DNA of 62,400 bases, counting the filler, from Choristocarpus tenellus KU-1152 (Eukaryota > Protista > Phaeophyceae), in the NCBI GenBank assembly GCA_964200185.2. It is 10 parts of 10 records of this genome, joined end to end, with 100 filler letters (N's around TTAATTAATTAA, not from the genome) between each part and the next. Parts side by side here need not be neighbours in the genome. Positions count along the whole stretch, not along the records: positions 48,584 to 56,852 come from CAXNAD020004913.1; positions 56,953 to 62,400 come from CAXNAD020010738.1; 8 more parts are not named here. One strand, written 5' to 3'. The translations under genes were made by a program, and so were the position numbers. Below are positions 53,407-62,400 of the stretch, in pieces. Under the pieces are notes generated by a model. The model had not been told where the DNA came from. It made no database searches and worked only from the letters and a program-made list of their open reading frames with translations. Every line of letters begins with the position of its first letter. The stretch's first letter is position 1.

Positions 53407-56400
53407 CGTGGCCAGCAAGACCACGGAGAGCTCAGGGGTGGATGCTGCTCCTCTCCTCCACGACCGCTCGTCCCTGGGGGATGCGCTGCCGCCTTCCATG
53501 GTGGCGCTGCTTGAAAACTATGGCGCCAAGAGGTTTGCGGATGCATTCACCGGCGAAATGGATAACCCGGAAGTTATATGGAACCAAGACCTGCGTCGGC
53601 ACCTGGTGAAAAGGCGGATCATTGCCCGTTTATCGTTTTTATTTCGTAGTATTTTTCTTGTTTTTTTATTGGATTTGTGACAATTTCCTGATCAACACTC
53701 TGGGGGGGGGGTCGTGTGCTCTGTCCCGTGGAAAAGAATGAGGGTGTGTTCTGCCGGGGTGTTTTGGGGTAATTGGTAATCCCCTCTTCCTAGGATTGTT
53801 GTTGGGGTTTTTTGTTTTGTTTTTTCTCTCTCTCTCTCTCTCAGGTGAAGGGTTAGGGTACTTATTTATTTTTGCTGTGCAATCTGCCCCGGCATTGTTT
53901 AGTCTAGCCCTCGACTTGATAGCGGTATCTCCTTACTTATCCCTTTCCCGCCTGAAATGGCAGCTTTGTAGGAGTTCAAGGGATGAAGGCGATGGTTTTG
54001 CAACCTAGTGGTTTGTTGGAGCTTGTGTTTTAGTCTGGTGCTCTCCCTAGCCCTATTTTTTGTTACTCCCTTGCATGTAACTCCCTAACCCTAAGTTTTG
54101 TTGGTCTGCCTCACGTGTACCTCCCCGCCATCGACTCCCTACCCTCTGCCCCCTACTTGCCTTCAATGCTGCCTACTTCACTTGTCAACTCCCTCGTCCC
54201 TCCCCTGATCACTCCACAAACGCCTTCCACCCATGCACCTGTACCGGAATCAGCAAGAGATGCTACTGCAGCACCTTGGAGACTTTTTGTTGCGCCTAAA
54301 GCAAGATCCATCCTTGCCATATCTCCACTGTCCCATGCCATGTGTGAGGTATCCGCCTCTCTTGGGGGAGAGCAGTGCAGGAGGGTACTACTTGAGAAAC
54401 CTCTGTGACACAAAACGATTTCCAAATTGGCCTGTGGTGGACCCTACTCAGGTAATTGCCGGCGGTGGGTCGTACTGATTGTGGTGAGGAGGAGGGGATA
54501 CTGGATGGGACAGGGGAAAGGGTTAATGAGGGGTTTTCATTGTTTGTTTTGCATGGATGTGTGTGTGTATTTGTGTCTGTACATAATCTTCTTTTTTTTG
54601 TTCACCTGAAGTATGTCAAATAGGAACTGGTTCTGTGAGGTGGATCTGTTTTGATACTGATGTTCTGAAGGAATTAAATTTATGGCATCAGCCTCTTCCA
54701 TTCTTGTATATGTTTCTCTGTTGCACTGCCCCCTCCCCTGTCCCTGCTCTGCCCTTCACTTCTATTACCTTCTACCAATTGCCCTACTTGGGTTACTATC
54801 GTGCTTCCCTCCTCCCATATGCAGTGATGTAAACTTTGGTATTGACAAAAGGGTGCTACATGCTGAAACAGTTTTCTGACCATGTTGCCTGTGAAATTGT
54901 CACAGGATACCAGCAGGCGAATTGAGCTTGGACTTGAGCACTGGCGACAAGAATAGTTGTAGACTAAACATTTGATAGCATCTAGAACTCTTTCGTGACA
55001 TAGCCTCACCTGTCAAACGGCTCGTAACTGTGGTTCTTGTATTACTTGTGTGGCATGCGCTGTTTTAGGTCTTGTCTGAGACTCTTCGCTCTTGGCTTCA
55101 AACAAAGACCAGGGCAAGCGGGTCAAGTGGCAGAGGTGGAGAGGGGGGTGTTGCGCCTGGGAAGGGTGGGAGCGCTAGGGGCTTGGGTCTCTCAGTTGAG
55201 GAAGCTAAAGAGGTACTAGGGTTTGGGAGCACTGCTGAGAGCAGCAGTGAGCAAAGCAGGGATGGTTCAACACTTAGGAAGGCGTACCGGTCCCTAGCGA
55301 GAACGTATCACCCGGACAAAAATCCTCAGGTAGTATGAACTGCACAGCCGACAGTGCTGTTATTAAGGTGGATCGAATTTTGTAATGAAGTGGTGCAGCC
55401 TGATGTCGAGGGTTCTGCTAGAGGATAACGGTATATTCTTGTGGAGGATCGTTTACGTTTGTTTATTATTTTTAAGTGTTCCTTGAACTTAGGGGTGCGT
55501 AAGGACGTATTGTTTGCTGGATGTCTTCTGGAACGTGCTATGGAAAGTATAGTGTAGCCCCTTTTCCTGCCCCCGTTGTCATTCCCTGAGGGTAAGATTG
55601 TTATGTATTGGAGTGGATTACTGTGGTTGAAGCATCATCTCCCGAACAATCGAGACCCTTCTGCTTGGTACGTAATTCCGCTGTGTTTTGGTACTGTCGT
55701 TGTGATGGTCTTCCTGAACATTGTGTTTGATCTGTTTTGTGTGTGTGTGTGTTTGTGTGTGTGTGTGCTTTTGTGCTTTTGTGCTTTCAGGGTAGGGACA
55801 TGTTTCATCGTGTGCAGGAGGCATATGAGGTTTTGAGCAGCTTGGAGGTTGGAGATGGCGGGACTGGAGGTGGTGATTGCAGAGGGGGAGCTAACAACCT
55901 GCTCATCTTGCGCGTTCAGGTCCTGCTCTTCACAAGGTAGTTAAATTTGACACATATGATGCAGACACATATGATAGGTAGTTAAATTTGACACTCATGA
56001 TGCAGACACATATGATAGGTAGTTAAATTTGACACTCATGATGCAAACACATATGATAGGTAGTTAAATTTGACACTCATAGACGTGTGTACATACTTAG
56101 CATTATGATATAGAGTAATTTGCATGTTGATTAGAAAGCATGCTTGTGAACACGCAGCAATAGATAATAGGTAGATGCAGACACACATGATTTTTCCCTG
56201 TTTGTACTCCAATTTTTCATGGAGCCAAGGCCACAGGAACTGAGGGGGATAAGGAGTCAGGCTCATTCCCTAGAGGTAGGGATAAATGTTGGTGCACACA
56301 GGATGATATTCTATGGTGGATTACGTTGCCATTTTTGCAATGAGGGCCAGGGTCTTGCTTGAGTTGACCGCCTTGTCTTGCACCCATAGCTGGGTATAGT

Positions 56401-56852
56401 GGGGATATGAAATAGTCTTCCTAAACTTGAAAAGTGAAGCGGTAAGCAATGGATACACACCCCCTGAACCTAGCTATGTTGTACTTGATCCCTCCATATT
56501 CCTGCGCTGCTGCTCTTATCAAGACATTTCGAAAGCACTCAATTAGGTGTACAGTATCTTAACAGTTTTGCGTTTTTTTTAAAGATCCCCAGAACAGCAA
56601 CTACCCTGCTGTCTCCACCACTATGCACTACCATCCTCAGATTCCCTTCCTTGCTGGCGGCCTTCAAGTACCCAGGCTATCCTGCCCTACTTTGCATCCT
56701 CAAGGAGAATCTAACGCTTGCATGGGGACCTCAGGGTATTTCCGCCTGTGAAGACCACACCAATGCCACCGGTGGGTTGGACGTTTCCAAGACAGACGGA
56801 GTGGGTGTGGAGGCGGGTATGTCATCAGGGGGGGGGGTGATACCGGGTCAAG
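53407..56852 (+). CDS. DNAJC13: RME-8 / DNAJC13 endosomal J-domain protein, partial, 5 exons
   Basis: Exons 53407-53605 (RSSLGDALPPSMVALLENYGAKRFADAFTGEMDNPEVIWNQDLRRHL), 54254-54451 (HLGDF...CPMPCVRYP...YYLRNLCDTKRFPNWPV), 55069-55329 (LRKAYRSLARTYHPDKNPQ, J-domain HPD motif), 55791-55936 (GRDMFHRVQEAYEVL), 56641-56852 (FKYPGYPALL). GT-AG with compatible phases. Confidence 0.92.
55935..56080 (+). repeat. Minisatellite, 41-bp unit x3.5, starting at an RME-8 splice donor
   Basis: AGGTAGTTAAATTTGACAC at 55935, 55976, 56017 and 56058. Confidence 0.92.
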
Positions 56853-56955
56853 NNNNNNNNNNNNNNNNNNNNNNNNNNNNNNNNNNNNNNNNNNNNTTAA
56901 TTAATTAANNNNNNNNNNNNNNNNNNNNNNNNNNNNNNNNNNNNNNNNNNNNTAC

Positions 56956-57076
56956 CTCCTGCATAGCTGACCAGCGCCATCCGCCATTCCGCCCACTTCT
57001 CCCGTGTATGCCCCCGCGCTCCACTCCAGAGTGGCAGCTTACGGGGGTCCGCTTCCATCCCGCTGAGGCTCATAAC
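56956..57076 (-). CDS. Possible exon or retroelement gag N-terminus (VMSLSGMEADPRKLPLWSGARGHTREKWAEWRMALVSYAG)
   Basis: GC-rich open frame between TTTTGCATAG and GTA at the contig edge; identity unresolved. Confidence 0.3.
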
Positions 57077-57344
57077 CTATGCAAAAGAGAGCTACTCTGA
57101 TAGAGTATTTTGCTTTATGTGGTATGGATTTGTTTATTAGCAGAGTGAGCACTATCCTCAAGGTGGGGGGTGGTGCTCTCCCTTGTTATCTATTTCATTC
57201 GTCATCAAACACGTCAGAAATATCTTTAAACATGTTTGTGACAGTTACACTACGTCAGTCACTTATAAGTTCAAGTTAAATTACTTCATTCACTTTTATA
57301 CTATAAATCATATAGACTACTAGTCTATATTGCACAGTTTCTAA

Positions 57345-57568
57345 TAGTACCATATTACTATTATTATTCTTAGGGGTTGCATCAGTCTGAGGGATCTATC
57401 TCATAGAACCATATTACTATTATTATTCTTAGGGGTCGCATCAGTCGGAGGGATCTCATAGTACCATATTACTATTATTATTCTTAGGGGTCGCATCAGT
57501 CGGAGGGATCTCATTGTACCATATTACTATTATTATTCTTAGGGGTCGCATCAGTCGGAGGGATCTCA
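57345..57568 (+). repeat. Minisatellite, ~55-bp unit x4
   Basis: TAGTACCATATTACTATTATTATTCTTAGGGGTCGCATCAGTCGGAGGGATCTCA repeated head-to-tail. Confidence 0.92.
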
Positions 57569-58452
57569 TACCCCTCGTCGAAAAATAGTCCAAGTACACA
57601 TATTTTGATACTAGAAAAGGGAACAATAATTATGGAGGGGAAAATTATACTATTAGTTATACTAGCAGTGGAAGAAAGAAAAAGAAAAAAATACATAAAA
57701 TTAAGTAACCCCTCTGTTTACATAGCAATAATAATAGTAATGGTAATGACAGTATTATAAATAATCGAAGTAGTGTACCCGTGTACCTGTGAACCTGTGT
57801 CAAACTGTTTGTAATCGGTGAGCAAACGCTCGTTTTCCACCCAAGAATTGTCACACGGAATAGACAAGGTGGGGTACATTGAAGTGGAATCATGGTGATG
57901 AAAAATTGTGATGTTAACTACACTGTGTATGTGTGATGATGACAAGAGCTCTAACCCTATCCCTGATACGGTATTGATTGACGGTGAGGATACTAGACCT
58001 AGCTTGTTTATTTATTTATTTTTCCACCTGGGGTTGTTAGTCATTTCTTTCTTCATGCGGACGGTTGAGTGACCCATGGGTAGAGGTTAGGATAGTGAGG
58101 ACCTTGCTCTCACTCTGCCTAATTAGTAAGGGATTGACTCTTGATCTATCTCCTTTCTCTTTCAAGAAAGGCAAGTTTTTGTATGTTTTGTATTATTTTT
58201 GTGAAGTAATTGTTACGTTTATTATGATTAGTTTGTTGTTTGCGAGCGGCCTGCCTCTCGACACCTACAACGGTCCAACTGGAGGAATAATTATAATGTT
58301 AGCAATATTTTGTAGTACTAAGAATAGTATCAAGAATAAACGTCTACAAGAATTTAGTGAGAACAATAAGAATAATAACAAAAACATCTAACGATAAGAA
58401 CAATATTATTTATAACATTGGTACTATCCCACTTCCGTTCGATTTTGCACAG

Positions 58453-59881
58453 GTGTTGTGTGCTTGTAGATTGCACTCGGGGGTTGTGCGCAGAAGACGT
58501 TGACCTTATTCGACTGCTGAGCAAGAACAGTATAGAGCACCAGGTTCGTAACCCCACCTAATAGGAAGTGTAGGTGCAACGTCTGTCAAATGTGAGGAAT
58601 AGCTTATTTGCGGGTGTTCTTTTTCGGTACACCATTTTCTGTGTGTGTGTGTGCGCGCGCGCGCGCGCGTATATGTAAGTTTCTCATGTCTATGCATTTT
58701 TTATTTCTTACTTTGTGTTGTTGAAGTACATCCATTCAAGTATATCCATTTCAAGTACATCCATTTCCTAAAAGCCTTCTTTTTTTTTTACTCTTATTTT
58801 TGACGGACTGAGTTGTGGAACTGTGCGAAATGGAAATGTGGATAATTAATGTTACTGGGACTGATTGGGCACCTCGATTCAATCCCAGCATACTTGTAAA
58901 GCGCAACCTGTTTGAAAGCAGTGTGTCCATCTCCATTGATGTGATCACCCCAACTACCGTCAAAGTGGATGTATTTTTACTACTGTTTCATTACGTGTAA
59001 CCTGTGTGCAATCTACCATTTTGAGGCCTGTTTGAAATGGTGTTGGGCGAGGGGTTCCCACAAGCCTGATGAGCCTTGTTTTTTCAGGCTTGCAGATGTA
59101 GTGTTTGGGGTTAGTGATACTGTTTTGTGAATTTTTTTTCGATGCATTTGCCAAATTTTGATTCAATCATTACATTTTATCGACTGGGAATTTTTGATCG
59201 GTTATTTTTCGCGCAAAAGGCGTTCTGCAAGCTCAGAGCTCACAGAGCTTAACCTCTTCTTGATTCGTGCACTGCATGCACCTTTTTATTATAATCAAGT
59301 ACATCGAGATTTTCAATCCGATTCATAACATTCATGTACAAATAAAACTCTCTTGATTTCTCAACTCTTGTTATTAGTGGCATATCGTAGTTGGGGTTAG
59401 GGATGGGGATTTTGCATTGACTGCAAAAAAAAACTTCAAGAGCTGATACTTCCCTCAACAAATATCCCCTTGTCATATTTCTCACTTCCGGGTGGGTAAC
59501 ATCAAGAGCATGTTACCTCTTAGTTGTCCTATCAACCTGGTTTCTATACTTTCAATGTGGTGGCCACAGAACGACCACTCCAAGGCCATTAACCACTGAC
59601 AACATTGTACTAAATACCCTAATTTTGTCAACCTACTATTTTTTTTTCTATCCACATGTAACCTCAGCAGTTACACTAACCCTAACCCTAACCCTAACCC
59701 TAACCAATCTGCAGATAGTACTAACCAAGGCGGATCTCCTCAACCCTGAAGACCTATCCTCCTGTGTCCGCCTTTTGAGGGAGGACCTGCAAAGTTTCCC
59801 TGGACTTGTTGAGACCGTACCTGTTGTGTGTGGCACTGCTGGTGCCGGTGTGACTGCACTATGGCAAGAGTTGGAGAAGAG
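58453..59881 (+). CDS. EngB/YihA(YsxC)-type GTP-binding protein, C-terminal part, 2 exons
   Basis: Exons 58453-58543 (CCVLVDCTRGLCAEDVDLIRLLSKNSIEHQ) and 59715-59881 (IVLTKADLL...VVCGTAGAGVTALWQEL); the G4 motif TKAD lies in the EngB-typical context. Confidence 0.8.
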
Positions 59882-60766
59882 GTGTGTTGGCGTTTTTCTC
59901 ATATTGGTTGTTTAGAGTGGATACTGCTGTCGTGTGTCTAGGGTTAGGGTTAGCTTATGACAGGGCTTTTCAAACGACTTCTCAAAGGACTAGGTAAATG
60001 GGACGAGATGGGCCCAGGAGTCAGTATGGGTAAAATATTAATTTACTGGCCCAATGGTCCAGGGTCGTCAAAGAGTATGATCAAACTGGAATGTGGACTG
60101 GCCCTGGTTAAGCATGTCTTACCAGGGCCAAACTGGAGCCTTGAAGACTGTAAAGTTAGGGTTAGGGTTAGGGTTAGACCAGGCTGCGGGCTCACCCCAC
60201 TGAATACATATTAACAGGGCCGAAGCAAGATTATGGCCTCCGATTACTCACCAATACTCATTGGAGTAAAGTACAATTAGGGTTAGGGTTATATGTTGAT
60301 TAAGCTATACTCCGGAGTTTTTTAACTAGATCTTCCTCTATCTACCGTTGGTTGTCGGAATTTTCGGTTTTCACCTCACTTGGAGTAGTCTGATTGAGTC
60401 ACTAAAATAGTGCATCAATAATGATAACCAAGGACCGGTTCAGGGCCATCAGGAACTACAAACGAACTGGAATGCAGACTACTGCTGGTTAAAATGTCTA
60501 AACAGGGTCGGACTGGAGCCATCGAGAATGTAGGCGGATCAAGCTTGTCGAGATTTTAACTGGGGTGGACTGAGGGCTAGATTGTAGCCCCAATACAATC
60601 TTTTAGTTCGGTTTACTGTCAGTCAAGTGTAAGGGTTAGGATTACAGGTGAGACATGGTAAGGACTCAAGGTACAGCAAGGTCTAAGGGAGTTTGGCCCG
60701 CTCATTTTTGAAGAGGTAGTGAATACGATTTATAGTGAGCACTTGATCCTTCATTGAGGTTGGTGA

Positions 60767-60803
<37 letters not shown>

Positions 60804-60875
60804 ATCTCATAGAGTCCGTGAGGAGGGTAAGAGTTTTTGTTATCGTTCATCCAGGTGAAGGAGAGTCGGAGTTGA

Positions 60876-61069
60876 GGCTCAAAGTATCTGGGGGGGGGGG
60901 AGGGTTCTATACCAGGGTGTTCATTTGGGCCCTGACCAGGAAAAGTGCACTTACATTATCCATCCGACACATAGAACCAAATCATCCAAAATTGCAAAAC
61001 GAAAAATGGGCCCGAAATGGACAGCCGCCACACACACACACACACACACACGTCCAGACACTTTGAGCC
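60876..61069. mobile_element. MITE family R1, full copy with 4-bp TSD (TTGA)
   Basis: TTGA|GGCTCAAAGTATCTGGG...CCAGACACTTTGAGCC|TTGA. Confidence 0.85.
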
Positions 61070-61119
61070 TTGATTGACTGGCATTCCCAGTTCTTCTGCC
61101 GTCCTTTTTTAGAGAGAAT

Positions 61120-61325
61120 TTAGTTGAAGTAATTCGAGTACATTACAGAAGAGCTTGTACATAGCGTACTTTGTCGCATTAGAGAGGCAGAGTATCCCAA
61201 GAGCTTGTCATAGTTGCTCTCGGACAAGACAGCTGCTCCTCCAGGAGCCCTTCCTTTGCACTTAGGCCCTTCCCCATTCATACGAGCGAGCTCTTCCATT
61301 CCATGCCCACAGCCTACAACATAAC
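61120..61325 (-). CDS. Possible terminal exon of an unknown minus-strand gene
   Basis: CTGTAG acceptor, then a 68-codon frame YVVGCGHGMEELARMNGEGPKCKGRAPGGAAVLSESNYDKLLGYS...YFN-TAA. Confidence 0.3.
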
Positions 61326-62400
61326 CTACAGGAGCAGGCCCAAAGTCGGGGCCCAGAGGGTTATATACATATCCTGTGCCCCTTACTGAGATGCAGTTCA
61401 GGTCGCACAGTTTTTTTTTTGTTCGTAAAGATCGAGTGGAGGTTTCGTTTTTTTTTATTTTTTTTAGATTTGAAGTATATATATGTATGTATTTTTGGCA
61501 ATAAAAATGAACTTCTACGCGAAAGTACTGTTGATAGTATTAGCATGCAGAGCTCCATGAATCGTGTAAAGGAGTAGACAAGAAGCAGTCTGAGCCCCAG
61601 CATTAGGTCCATAGAGGTACACGATCGAGTGATAGGCCAAATGGTACTCCCTTTGGTTTGGAACGTGAAGGTATACCCTCATGGCATGTACTATTCTGAA
61701 GTGTGTATATAGGTATGTATGTGTGTCTGCCGTTTCTTGAAAAAAAAAAAAAATTACCCCAACATCATATGGGTGTAGGATAAGATAACTCAGGTGCCGT
61801 AGGTGTAAATTGAACCTTGTACGAGACTGCACAATCAGAAACGTACTGAGTAGTGCATCTCTTGGAAAGATTTGTTCTTTCGTGAGGTTTAGTGATTGAT
61901 TCAAAGAGCTGAGATGTCAACCCTTCCACTTCAGCCCACTAAGATATACAAAAATATACATCAGTGCAAGAGTTTCTAGATGACAGTGATGACTACATGG
62001 CATGGAGGTGTCAAATAGGATCATGAACAACATCTTCACACATTCCATGCAATTTTGGTTATCCTTTCAGTTCTTAATACCTTAATTGCTCTCTTTTTTT
62101 TTTGTAGGTAAGAGTTAGATGTGTTTGTGTGTGAATTGTGAGTATCTTGAAGTTATTGAGTTGTGCTTCTTCTTTCTTGATGCCCTTCACCCCCATCTCT
62201 GTTCTATATCACCATTGGTATTATAGTGTAGAGTACTGACGTTTGTTTTTCTCGTGGCCTTGCCTGCTGATTTATTTTTTTTGTAACACACACAACTCAT
62301 TCATGTATACATTCGAAGCATATGTTTAACCATGAATTGATAAAAAAAAAAAACTGGAAAGACCCAAATTATCTAGGAGAAAAGGGGGGGAAAAAAACAG

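Noticed and set aside
57345-57568. CRISPR-like appearance of the 55-bp array (also 51701-51833, 53306-53389, 55935-56080)
   Set aside because: Units are head-to-tail with no unique spacers, there are no cas genes, and the context is eukaryotic; these are minisatellites.
1-62400. Apparent gene cluster (TCP1, ABCC, RNF213-like, Prx6-like, RME-8, EngB) as one system
   Set aside because: Each gene is on a different contig separated by artificial spacers, so there is no evidence of linkage.

Overview
Eukaryotic nuclear DNA, not prokaryotic. The window is ten short contigs joined by nine artificial 100-nt spacers (N44-TTAATTAATTAA-N44), so neighbouring contigs cannot be assumed to be linked. Short exons, kilobase introns, scattered (TTAGGG)n arrays and the protein sequences suggest a stramenopile such as a brown alga or relative (inference only). 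Most ORF-track entries are spurious. By splicing exons by hand I recover partial genes for CCT-alpha/TCP1, an ABCC/MRP transporter with a GC-AG intron, an RNF213-like RZ-finger plus C-terminal region (9 in-phase exons), a 1-Cys peroxiredoxin (Prx6) homologue, RME-8/DNAJC13 and an EngB/YihA-type GTPase. The rest is mostly transposon debris: mariner, hAT, KDZ-like, Copia, a possible DIRS/Ngaro-type element, and two related MITE families that sit at most contig ends. The most notable observations are (i) a Prx6 homologue that has lost the Thr/Cys/Arg peroxidase residues but kept the His/Ser/Asp phospholipase residues, (ii) an RNF213-like module on a contig whose two ends are an identical 127-mer, and (iii) a telomeric (CCCTAA)n array at an intron branch-point position. 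All family assignments come from recalled motifs; no searches were run.
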